DNA of 64,000 nucleotides from Takakia lepidozioides (lineage: Eukaryota; Plantae; Bryophyta). The stretch's first letter is position 1; every line of letters begins with the position of its first letter. The stretch is taken from the NCBI GenBank assembly GCA_030704615.1, contig CM060733.1, positions 31,434,001 through 31,498,000 on the forward strand, read 5' to 3'. Positions 12,222 through 23,253 of this stretch are shown here, in pieces. The position numbers and the translations under genes are program-made. The notes beneath the pieces were generated by a model. The model was not told the DNA's origin. It saw nothing but the letters and a program-made list of their open reading frames with translations, and did not search any database.

Positions 12222-12641
12222 TTGCGAGCAATGGTGACTAACATTCCATTTTACGGGAAGGAGGATGAGGATGTTTACAGCTGGATCCAGAATCTGAAAG
12301 GGGATGGTGAGAGACGGAGCTTTGATGAGCACAAGTTATTTATATCGGCAAAGCTGAATATCAAAGCACGGGCTGACACTTGGCATCGAATGCAAAAACC
12401 AAGGCCCATGAACTGGCATGATTTTCAAGTAGCCATAATCTTGAAATTTGGAGGAGAAGATCAATCAAGTAAGAATGAAGTGATGTTAGCAAGCAAGTTT
12501 GATGAGATAGATACCAATGTGGAAGAGTCTGTTACAGGGATGGAAGAGAAATTGTCTCTGATTGAGAAGGATAAGCACAACAGGTTCACACCTGTGAGTT
12601 CTATTGATCATAAACCCATACCAGATCACAAAACCATGTGA
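12222..12641 (+). CDS. gag: Retrotransposon gag-like (capsid N-terminal) fragment
   Basis: IPFYGKEDEDVYSWI...AKLNIKARADTWH...NWHDFQVAIILKF is a typical retrotransposon gag pattern, directly after the PBS. Confidence 0.7.
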   Translation: MRAMVTNIPFYGKEDEDVYSWIQNLKGDGERRSFDEHKLFISAKLNIKARADTWHRMQKPRPMNWHDFQVAIILKFGGEDQSSKNEVMLASKFDEIDTNVEESVTGMEEKLSLIEKDKHNRFTPVSSIDHKPIPDHKTM

Positions 12642-13068
12642 CGGAGGTGCTTTAGGAAGAAGAACCACACCAGCGAAGTCCCTGCAATGCTTCCTCGAGT
12701 TCTCAACTTGAACAACACAAGGCAGCAAGTAGAGTGTTGCACTGCATGTCCATCAAGACAAAATCAGATCCGAAGTGAAAAGAATCACCGGCTGGGGCTG
12801 CAAAGGGGAACATGTGGAATGCAAGATTCAGGCTGTGAAATGTTGGAACAATGGGAATCGAGGAGCAGCAGAAGGATGGAGTTCGAATGTGTAAGCTCTC
12901 TTGGCACAAACGTTGTGAATGTGTTTTGTGATGTGGAAGAAGAGATCTTGGAAGATATCTTTTGTTCAACAGAGAGTCAATCAAGTGTCAATGAAGAGTG
13001 TGCACCTAGATTGCAAGTTCCTGTGCAGATCCTAAGGTCTTTCTACAAAGGCACATGTAGATCAAGAC

Positions 13069-15093
13069 ATGCTTGGGGAGTGTGGGCATAGTGTTGCCAA
13101 CTCACCAAGGATTAGTGGTACAACCTGTGGAGTGAGTGTCATGAGAAAGGAAGATGTCAAGGAGTCTTGGAAAGATCTGATGGAATGGGTGGAGGAAGAG
13201 TATGGGCAGAGCGTCACCAACTCGCCAAGGATTGGTGGTACAACCTGTGGAGTGAGTGGCATGGGAGAGAAAGATGACAAGGAGTCTTGGGCAGATCTGA
13301 TGGGATGGGAAGAGTGTACATTGCTTGCTCAAACGAGCAAAGGTCTGGATCAAGATGCACACCTGGATCAAGACATACTTGAGGAGTCTGGGTATAGCAC
13401 CACCAACTCCCCAAGCAATAGTGGTACAACCAGTGAAGTGAGTGTCTTGAGAAACAAAGATGACAAGGAGTCTTGGGCAGATCTGATGGAATGGGTGGAG
13501 GAAGAGTATGGGCAGAGCGTCACCAACTCGCCAAGGATTGGTGGTACAACCTGTGAAGTGAGTGTCTTGAGAGACGAAGATGACAAGGAGTCTTGGGCAG
13601 ATCTGATGGAATGGGTGGAGGAAGAGTATGGGCAGAGCGTCACCAACTCGCCAAGGATTGGTGGTACAACCTGTGAAGTGAGTGTCTTGAGAGACGAAGA
13701 TGACAAGGAGTCTTGGGCAGATCTGATGGAATGGGTGGAGGAAGAGTATGGGCAGAGCGTCACCAACTCGCCAAGGATTGGTGGTACAACCTGTGAAGTG
13801 AGTGTCTTGAGAGACGAAGATGACAAGGAGTCTTGGGCAGATCTGATGGGATGGGTAGAGGAAGAGTGTACATTGCTTGCTCAAACGAGAAAGGGTCTGG
13901 ATCAAGATGCACACCTGGATCAAGACATACTTGGGGAGCTAAGAGAAGTTGCATCTCGATTAAGAATAGACTTGGTAGAGGAGGAATTAAAGGTGAAAGA
14001 TGCACGAGATGACGTTGTAGCTGCCCTAGCCCTACAGAGAGAAACTGAAGTCCAGATGGAGAACCTGGTCATGGAAAATCAACAGTTACGGTCTGCCCTC
14101 GAGAAAGCTGACCGAAAACTGAGTGGGGCCAAAGAAGAGTGCATGGATGAGCTCCGTGGTGATAACAAGCATCTTCAGGCAGAGCTGCAATGGCTCCAAC
14201 TACTTTTGGAGTTAAGTACGTCATCAATCAATGACGTGTTCATAGGGACACCAGGTACCCTAGTTCAGGACAAAGAAAAGGAAATTGAAGCTTCTTTGGA
14301 TGATGGACCATTGACAAATGTTGGGAGAGATGAAGGGAACATGAAGTATCAAGTGTTGGAGGATTCATGCAAGGGAGAGACCCTGCAGATTGGAGAAGAA
14401 ATCGGTCTAAGAGGAAGGAGCTTACAGCTAACTCCAGTGATGGAAGAAGTGGTGAAGAGGAGAGAGTCTAGCCTGGAAGATCGAGACCTGACAACACCTA
14501 AGCTTGCACATGATAACATGAAGAGTGGAGGAGATCAGGACCTGCCTGGTATGAACTACAAGAAGAGGAAGAAGGCATTGGCACAAATTGGATTTGCTCT
14601 GGCCGGCGGAAAAGATGGACAGCCGGGACGCGGTCACTTAAACAGGAGAGGCTGGACGACTATGCAAGCTCAGGGATGGAGCACGAAAATTATGGCCAAG
14701 GATGAAGGCCATGAAATTGGCATGATAAGCTACATGGAAACCAGGTGGTGGTGTCAGTTTGAGGACAACACTGCTTGCACCAGCCAGACAGAAGTGGCCT
14801 TGAAGATTATGAGCAGAGAGGGGCTTTCTTTTGCTGAAGGCCAAGGCAAGACAATCAGAAACAATATCATAGACGGACCTCTCCAAGATAGCTGGAGCAG
14901 AAACAGAAAGGGAATCAACACAATGTACCAGTTGGGAGTACCTTATGATCCTGGAAGGGAAGCTGGCCGATGGTGCAGGCTGAAAGATAAAGCAGGCAGG
15001 GAATGGGTAAGAAGTAGGCACGACTTGAAACCTTTCATATCACCAGTAGGTGTTCAGCTGGTGAAGGTGGTAAGTGAGGACCCTCACACTTAA
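13069..15093 (+). CDS. 674-aa ORF of unknown function: 40-aa acidic repeats plus coiled coil
   Basis: Open for 2 kb; repeat EVSVLRDEDDKESWADLMEWVEEEYGQSVTNSPRIGGTTC; coiled-coil-like stretch at about 13950-14210. Confidence 0.55.
   Translation: MLGECGHSVANSPRISGTTCGVSVMRKEDVKESWKDLMEWVEEEYGQSVTNSPRIGGTTCGVSGMGEKDDKESWADLMGWEECTLLAQTSKGLDQDAHLDQDILEESGYSTTNSPSNSGTTSEVSVLRNKDDKESWADLMEWVEEEYGQSVTNSPRIGGTTCEVSVLRDEDDKESWADLMEWVEEEYGQSVTNSPRIGGTTCEVSVLRDEDDKESWADLMEWVEEEYGQSVTNSPRIGGTTCEVSVLRDEDDKESWADLMGWVEEECTLLAQTRKGLDQDAHLDQDILGELREVASRLRIDLVEEELKVKDARDDVVAALALQRETEVQMENLVMENQQLRSALEKADRKLSGAKEECMDELRGDNKHLQAELQWLQLLLELSTSSINDVFIGTPGTLVQDKEKEIEASLDDGPLTNVGRDEGNMKYQVLEDSCKGETLQIGEEIGLRGRSLQLTPVMEEVVKRRESSLEDRDLTTPKLAHDNMKSGGDQDLPGMNYKKRKKALAQIGFALAGGKDGQPGRGHLNRRGWTTMQAQGWSTKIMAKDEGHEIGMISYMETRWWCQFEDNTACTSQTEVALKIMSREGLSFAEGQGKTIRNNIIDGPLQDSWSRNRKGINTMYQLGVPYDPGREAGRWCRLKDKAGREWVRSRHDLKPFISPVGVQLVKVVSEDPHT
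13434..13866 (+). repeat. 120-bp tandem repeat (about 3.6 near-perfect copies; degenerate copies from about 13075)
   Basis: The 60-mers starting at 13501, 13621 and 13741 are identical. Confidence 0.97.
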
Positions 15094-15460
15094 AAATGGA
15101 GACACACTACATATGTAGTGTGAATGCAGGGGAGTAACAGTGAAATTTTGTTTGGCATCAGGATTCGGCATTACTACAAAGGGAGAGCCCTGATGCTAAT
15201 AACAAGGAGGGAAGTATCCATGCCTACAGTTAATTCCATGGGCACAATATGCTATTACGCTGCCAGGACAAAATGTGGCTAAGTCATGAAATGCGCCTTT
15301 TTCATCCATAGGATGAATGGCTTTCATCGCTGGTGATTACCATAGAAACACGGGTCGAGGAAGCTTAGGGCTTGCTGGAGGATAATCGTGCAGGGAACAG
15401 CTAGGTAATTTGCCTCAAGCCAGGTGAAGGGAGGCGATGCAGTAATCATTTCATAGTTTT

Positions 15461-15472
15461 GAAGAGAGGGAG
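15461..15472 (+). promoter_or_regulatory. Polypurine tract
   Basis: GAAGAGAGGGAG immediately before the TGTTG start of the 3' LTR. Confidence 0.8.
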
Positions 15473-16553
15473 TGTTGCAGGACGATTCATGAAGGGCAAG
15501 TAATATCATGTGCTACTGACAGAAGTAATGAAGGCATTGAGGCGGTGCTGCCTGTGATTTGACCTCTGAAGATGTAGGAGTTGCGGGGAAAGCAGCTCGG
15601 TGGAGGGGCGGCAGTGTCGTCGTTACTCTCATGACCACAATGACAGGGAGGATGAACTTGCAAGGGAAACGACCTGCTGACAGGGAATAGAAAGGTGGGG
15701 TTGCTGGCACAATCAAAGGCTAGTTAAAGTGATGGAGCAGCTCCATCACGACGAGCATCTGCCAGAGGTAGGGAGTGCAAACTGATACTGCCGCCATTGC
15801 ATTCATGTGCGATTATTGAAAGCTGCACTTGTGGGAGAAGCAATTGCTGCCAGATGACGGGCAGCGATGGGATTACTGACTTGACCACATGTTGATTGAT
15901 GCAATCGCCAGCATGAGGGCGTTGGCTTGTGGACAGTGGTACAGGTTATCTGTAAATAAGGAAGCAAAGGAGTGAAATGTATAGAGCAAGAAGCTTTCAG
16001 ATGATGACTGTCTGCTTGTTATCATATCAGATCGTAGGGTAGATTAGCAGAGATAGTAGGATAGGGTAGTTAGTTGGCAAGCGACAAGGTTACTGCCATA
16101 GGTTGAAACAGAGCCGTCATGACTCACTGAACGCTTGAATCGAAGAAATATCTGAAAGGTGAAGTGGCAGAGCAATGACAGGATCTGACATGCATAGATC
16201 TTTGTTTTACAACGTGGCATTCAGACGACAAGAGGAGTAGGGGAGCTTGTGACAGAGATGGTGAGGTGCCATTTCGGGCAGGCAATCCCACCGCTTCAGC
16301 TGGAGTATAAGAGAGCTAAGTTCGTAGATGCAGGTCTCTTCTCTTACTTAGGGATAGTTGCTATGGAATTTTGGTAGAGATACTCTCAATGGAAATGAGG
16401 GAGATAGAAAAAGATTTTGGCAAATGGAATGGAGACTTCTGGAATTCATACCAGTCCTGGTGGTAGAGAGAAAGTGAGGCAGGGTGGAAGTTATGTGGAG
16501 TGCTGCAAGAAGTTGGGAAGTCAGTTCTTAAACATAGGATGCTTCCTATTTTG
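15473..16553 (+). repeat. 3' LTR, first part
   Basis: Begins TG after the PPT and matches the 5' LTR up to the MULE D insertion. Confidence 0.9.
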
Positions 16554-16944
16554 GGGGGCTGCTATTTCATGAGCGGCATGAGCATAAGCGGAAAAAAAAA
16601 AAGCATGAGTAGACCATTGTGAGTCCACGGAAATAGGGTTAGGAGGCACGGAAATAGGGTCATGTGAAGTTGGAATGTGACACCAGTGGACTTGAAATGC
16701 AACATTTTATTGCAAATTTTGTGGCAAGCCACGTCTATACAAGTGTGTTCTAACTGTCATAGCCGGAATGGGCACTACTCTCCTACACCCTCCGAGGAAC
16801 TTGCCCCACCTTCTTCCTCATCCCCCTCATCCCCCTCATCCTCCGAGCTTTGTGATGCATCAGTTCCACTATGCCTTTCAAAAATCCCGTCCTCTTGGGG
16901 GACTGTCCACCTCACCTCCTGGGAATCTTCTGCATCTTCTCCCC

Positions 16945-19900
16945 CAAATTTTGCGCGCCGACCTACCTGGCGGATGGAAATCCGGCGCCAGATTTCTATC
17001 CATCCGCTCTTCGAATTACCTGCATGACTGGAAAAATGGCGCCGAATTTCCGATTTTGGTGCCAGCCACCCTAGGGACTTAGCCATTTTCGGCCCGAAAA
17101 TGGCTAAGTCCAAGATCTGATAGGGCGCGGAATTGGAAAAATGGTGTCAAATTTCCAGTTGCGGTTCCAGCCATCGTAGGGACTTAGCCATTTTCGGGGC
17201 CGAAAATGGCTAAGTCCCATATCTGACTGAGCCCCAAACAAGAAAAATGGCGTTTTTTTTTTTTTTTTCGGCGCCATTTTTCTAGTTCGGGGCCGAAAAT
17301 GGCTAAGTCCCAAATCTGACTGGGCCCAGAACTGGAAAAATGGCGCCGAATTTCAAATTTTGAGTGCTAGTCAGATCTGGGACTTCGCCGTTTTCGGCCT
17401 CGAACTGGAAAAATGGCGTTTTTTTTTTTTTTTGGTTTTGTTTTCGGCGCCATTTTTCCAGTCCGGGGCCAAAAATGGCCTGACTGGCACCAAAATCGGA
17501 AATTCGGCGCCATTTTTCCAGTCATGCAGGTAATTCGAAGAGCGGATGGATGGAAATCCGGCGCCGGATTTCCATCCGCCAGGTAGGTCGGCGCGCAAAA
17601 TTTCCATCATGCAGGTAATTCGGAGCGAGGATGGATGAAAATCCGGCGCCGGATTTCCATCCATCCGCTCTTCGAATTACCTCCATGACTGGAAAAATGG
17701 CGCCGAATTTCCGATTTTGGTGCCAGTCAGATCTGGGACTTAGCCGTTTTCGGCCCGAACTAGAAAAATAGCGTTTTTTTTTTTTTTTTTTTTTGTGGGC
17801 GCCATTTTTCCAGTTCGGGGCCGAAAATGGCTGTCCCAGATCTGACTGGCACCACAATCGGAAATTCGGCGCCATTTTTGCAATCATGCAGGTAATTCGA
17901 AGAGCGGATGGATGGAAATCCGGCGCCGGATTTCCATCCGCCAGGTAGGTCGGCGCGCAAAATTTCCATCATGCAGGTAATTCGGAGCGAGGATGGATGA
18001 AAATCCGGCGCCGGATTTCCATCCATCCGCTCTTCGAATTACCTGCATGACTGGAAAAATGGCGCCGAATTTCCGATTTTGGTGCCAGTTAGATCTGGGA
18101 CTTAGCCGTTTTCGCCCCCGAACTAGAAAAATAGCGTTTTTTTTTTTTTTTTTTTTTGGTTTTTTTTCTTTTGGCGGCGCCATTTTTCCAGTTCGGGGCC
18201 GAAAATGGCTGTCCCAGATCTGACTGGCACCACAATCGGAAATTCGGCGCCATTTTTGCAATCATGCAGGTAATTCGAAGAGCGGATGGATGGAAATCCG
18301 GCGCCGGATTTCCATCCGCCAGGTAGGTCAGCGCGCAAAATTTCCATCATGCAGGTAATTCGGAGCGCGGATGGATGGAAATCCGGCGCCGGATTTCCAT
18401 CCATCCGCTCTTCGAATTACCTGCATGACTGCAAAAATGGCGCCGAATTTCCGATTTTGGTGCGAGTCAAATCTGGGACTTAGCCGTTTTCGGCCCAAAA
18501 CTAGAAAAAAGGCGTTTTTTTTTTTTTTTTTTTTTTTTTTTTGGCGCCATTTTTCCAGTTCGGGGCCGAAAATGGCTTAGTCCCAGATCTGACTGGCACC
18601 AAAATCGGAAATTCGGCGCCATTTTTCCAGTCATGCAGGTAATTCGAAGAGCAGATGGATGGAAATCCGGCGCCGGATTTCCATCCGCCAGGTAGGTCGG
18701 CGCGCAAAATTTCCATCATGCAGGTAATTCGGAGCGCGGATGGATGGAAATCCGGCGCCGGATTTCCATCCATCCGCTCTTCGAATTACCTCCATGACTG
18801 GAAAAATGGCGCCGAATTTCCGATTTTGGTGCTAGTCAGATCTGGGACTAAGCCGTTTTCGGCCCAGAACTGGAAAAATGGCGTTTTTTTTTTTTTTTTT
18901 TAAATTTTTTTAGGCGCCATTTTTCCAGTTCGGGGCTGAAAATGGCTAAGTCCCAGATCTGACTGGCACCAAAATCGGAAATTCGGCGCCATTTTTCCAG
19001 TCATGCAGGTAATTCGAAGAGCGGATGGATGGAAATCCGGCGCCGGATTTCCATCCGCCAGGTAAAATTTCCATCATGCAGGTAATTCGGAGCGCGGATG
19101 GATGGAAGTCGGTAGGGCGGCGCGCCAAATTTCCCTCACGCAGGTAATTCGGAAGCGGATGGATAGAAATCAGGCGCCGGATTTCCATACGCGCAGGTAG
19201 GGCGGCGCGCGAAATTTCCCTCACGCCGGTAATTCCAAAGCGGATGGATGGAAATCCGGCGCTGAATTTCCATCCAGCAGGTAAGTGGAATCCCGGATGG
19301 ATGGAAATCCGGCGCCGCATTTCCATCCAGCAGGTAAGTGGAATCCCGGATGGATGGAAATCCGGCGCCGCATTTCCATCCAGCAGGTAAGTGGAATCCC
19401 GGATGGATGGAAATCCGGCGCCGCATTTCCATCCTGTAGGTAATTCGAATCCCGTATGGATGGAAATTCGGCGCCGAATTTCCATCCAGCAGGTAAGTGG
19501 AATCCCACATGGATGGAAATCCGGCTCCGAATTTCCATCCTGCAGGTAATTCGAATCCCCGATGGATGGAAATTCGGCGCCGAATTTCCATCCAGCAGGT
19601 AAGTGGAATCCCGGATGGATGGAAATCCGGCGCCGAATTTCCATCCAGCAGGTAAGTCGGATCGCTGGCGTATGGATATTCAGCGCCGAATTTCCATTCA
19701 CCAGGTATTTCATCGCTCAGAATTACCTTCCTGCAGGTAATTCTGATCGATGAAGGTAGGAAGGTAATTCCTCGCTCAGAATTACCTGCAGGAAGGTAAT
19801 TCTGAGCGATGAAATACCTGGTGAATGGAAATTCGGCGCGGAATATCCATACGCCAGCGATCTGACTTACCTGCTGGCCGAAACTCCATCCAGGGGATGC

Positions 19901-20280
19901 TCTCTGTCGAACACGTGCCGACCTCTACGCCCGAGGCGACTTCATCCGGGCGTCCCCTGTTCGATATTCGGTGCCGAATTTCCGTCCGGGGGTTGAAATG
20001 TGACGGCCAAGTACCGGCCTCTCCCCCCTCCCCGAGTGCATCCGAACCGCCCCGGATGGAAATTCGGCGCCGTTTTTCCATCTGGGGATGTTTTTATGCC
20101 GGCCAGTTCTCGGCCTGACCCCCCGACACGACTTCCTTTGGGGGGGCCCGGATGGAAATTCGGCGTCGAATCTCCATCCAAGGGATGTTCTCTGTCGCAC
20201 ACGCGCCGGCCTCTGCGCCCGAGGCAACTTCATCCGGGCTTCCCCTGTTGGATATTAGGTGCCGAATTTCCATTTGGGGG
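16945..20280. repeat. Palindrome array and poly(T)-centred foldback repeats in copy D
   Basis: GGAAAT(T/C)CGGCGCCG(A/G)ATTTCC units, 53-bp period at 19311/19364/19417. About 360-380 bp foldback units with poly(T) at about 17419, 17774, 18137, 18515 and 18884. Confidence 0.95.
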
Positions 20281-20391
20281 TAGTAATGTGACGGCACGGT
20301 GCCGGCTTCTCCCCTTCAGCCGTCATCATCCGGACGGCCCCCCACTTTCTGACTGCATACCGTTGGCAGTTATTGCGCAAAGACCAGGGGC

Positions 20392-21778
20392 CCACGACAA
20401 ACATGGCCGAATCAGTGCACTCTTCCTGGCGTGCCTCCTCTGCAGCGCATCTGGTGGACATCCTCACTGCCACAACGGAGGACATTGTGAGGTCAATTAT
20501 GCAGCAATGCAGGTACAACGAGTTCATGAAAGGGAAACAGTGGGGCTTGGGGCCGGACAGGCAGGAAATGCTGATGCGGACTGCCTGTAGATTGAAGAAT
20601 CCTCGGAAGTGAGCGGCGGCCTTGCGAGAGGGCCTTCGGGACACGCCATTGCTGCGAAGAGGCCAACATCTGGAAGGAGATGTTCATACCCGTCCAGTGA
20701 GATGAAGACTTGACGAGGCACCTGGCGGAGAAGAGGATTCATGGCGAGCTGACAAGAATATTCGCACGCTCCCTCGTGGTCCGGTGATGTTGCCCGAGGA
20801 GGTCTCGTCGAGCACCGCAAGTCCTGCACGTTCAAGATCGTCATCTCCTTTGAGCACAGGCCGCGTGCCCCGGCAACATAACGAGCCATCTGTAGTAAAG
20901 CAGTACAACATTCCCATTGTGGAGACAAGAGTGTCGGAGTCACAGTGGAGAATTGCGAGGACATTGCCGGCATTTCGAGGGAAGTGCTGCGCCATCCGGG
21001 TGGATACAAGAGCACGCTGTGGTGAGATGATTCGGAGGAACCCACACGGTGCTGTACCTGCACCTTGTTTCAGCGGCAGATTTTTGACTCCCACATTTGC
21101 TCACGCCACAATGCAGACATTTTGGTTCTGTAGGCACGATATAATGACCTGTGTATTTGGCAAGCCCAAGTACGGGATTCAGGGAATGCCGGAGCCTCCG
21201 GGCGTCTGGCCTGTTGCACCGGGTTGCAGCCTCTCTCAGAATGAGGCGGATGCTCTATCTGCAGCAGGATTTTGAATGGTGCAACGCACAAACATCCCGG
21301 CCCACGCATTTCCGGTTCCTCAGACCCAGCCATTGCAGACTGCTCGGTCCAGTAGAGACGGATTGGACAATTCTGCACATCCCACAATGCGATTCGGAAG
21401 AGTGAAGAGACGACACCCTCCCAACAAGTTGAATGAGACTCGGATTGCCAATGCTCTTGGGATGGCTTGCACTATTCAGAGCTCCGTGGACGTACCCCAC
21501 CCGGCCTTGGGCGTGTGTATCGGATGGCAACGGCCGGCTCGGCTGTACGCGACGATGTATACACAATTACGATTGGAGTGGAGCCGATTTGCAATTGTAC
21601 GAACTTCTCGTTGATGGAAGCAAAGAAGGGTTCCAAGTATTATCCGTGCAAACATCTGTATTACATTTACCTGAAAAGGTTGAGGATGAACGTGACTATT
21701 GATGACTTTATTCATGCACCGGCGTTGAGCGTGAACGAGCTGCACAAACTCCTCCTTAGGGATTCCAGAAATCGTTGA
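20392..21778 (+). pseudogene. MULE transposase last exon (catalytic E region + SWIM zinc finger)
   Basis: TTNMAESVHSSW and SWIM YTITIGVEPICNCTNF…PCKHLYYIY; stops at 20610 and 21273; near-identical to 63060-64000. Confidence 0.85.
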
Positions 21779-22512
21779 TGGGGCAAAGGGAATCCTCCAT
21801 ATGGATATTTTCAATTGCATTTTGCTGTATCAGATTTTTTTTTGCAGTGTAATGAAATGCACCCCAAAACTCCTGGAATGAGGCAATGTTCCATTCAAAC
21901 TGAGATCCAACAGAAGCAGTTGTGGGGCCATTTCTGGAAAAATGGCGCCGAATTTCTCTTTTTGGGGCCGAAAACTGGCTAAGTCCCAACATGCACTGGT
22001 CTGGGAAAATGGCGCCGAATTTCTCTTTTTTGGGCCGAAAACTGGCTAAGTCCCAACATGCACTGGTACAGTGTCTGGAAAAATGTCGCCGAATTTCCCT
22101 ATTTTGCGCCGAAAACTGGCTAAGTCCGAACATGCACTGGAAAAATGGCGCCGAATTACCTGTCATGAGGGGACCTATAGCCGCGGAATTCGGCACCATT
22201 TTTCGCCAGAGAGACCTATAACCGCGAAATACGTCGCCGTTTTTTCAAGTTACGGACCCTATTACCGCGAAATTCGGCGCCATAATTGCACATGTCGCTG
22301 GGAATTGGCATGACGAAATATCATGAGCACAACTGTCAAAACTGCAATTTCCCCTTCAAGGGGCCGAATAATATATTTGTTTTTCCTGACACATTGCATT
22401 AAATTATTGTTTTTTATTGTTTTTTATTTTCGAAATTTGTACTTCTGCTCATGAAAACCGATTGTCTTACTACTCTGCTCATGCCGCTCATGCTCATGAA
22501 ATAGCAAACCTC

Positions 22513-23253
22513 CTATTTTGGGAGGATGTGAATGAGGTTGAGTAAAGAAGAAGTGCCCATGACTTACAATGAGGGCAACATGCATATAATTAGGTTAGGC
22601 AGTAGCATTTTCAGAGAGAATGAATCAGGTGGAAGTAAACCTGTTGGCTGCTGATTGCATGATTACTGAGAAGCATGCAGGGGCTGAGGGCTGCAACAGA
22701 GAAGATCACTTGAGGGTGATTATTGGTAGCCCATTTTGTATCTGCAAGAAGGGATTGAGAGGGTTGAAAGTGTCATATGTCCTTGATGCAAAGGGATGGG
22801 GAAAAGAGATCTTGACAGAGGAATGGTGGATCATCAAAGTGAGGCTATGTGTGTGTGTAAAACCCGAAGCCCGTTGTAGTTGAACCAGTGACCATAAAAC
22901 TTGATGTGTATTTCATGGAACTGGCCTGCCAGTATTATGAAGGGATTGCCCTTCATGGGTGCTGGCTAACCTGATTTTGTGATAATGTATGTCTTGAAAC
23001 ATTTAGGAAACAGAACCCTGGCATATGCAATACCCTGTTTACAAATGAGCCAAGTTATAAGGTTGAGAAACTTCTCAACCCCTGTCCATGTCTTCTCTTC
23101 CGCTGCGGCGTGGATGAGGGTACCCAATCTCTGATCATGAATAGAGTAGGAGTGATTAAGTGTGGTGTGAGTCTTAGGGCAGTAAGTGTGTATTTGGGTA
23201 AGGAACAATTTAGGAGTTAACTAGAAGGGGATTTATGCCCCCTTCTTTTTTCA
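22513..23253 (+). repeat. 3' LTR, second part (includes the second TSD copy)
   Basis: Matches 11418-12153; ends …TTTTCA, then Gypsy protease sequence resumes. Confidence 0.9.

Larger units (their letters stand above)
16554..22512 (+). mobile_element. MULE copy D: complete-ended non-autonomous deletion derivative (about 5.96 kb)
   Basis: Ends GGGGGCTGCTATTTCATGAGC…GCTCATGAAATAGCAAACCTC. TSD CTATTTTG (16546-16553 / 22513-22520; 9 bp CTATTTTGG if one G is assigned to the target). The empty site is visible in the 5' LTR at about 11415-11432. Confidence 0.95.
10467..23253 (+). mobile_element. Non-autonomous (pol-less) LTR retrotransposon; its 3' LTR is interrupted by MULE copy D
   Basis: Near-identical LTRs, PBS TGGTATCAGAGC, PPT and a gag-like ORF. 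No RT/RH/IN motifs in the 3.3-kb interior. Confidence 0.88.
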
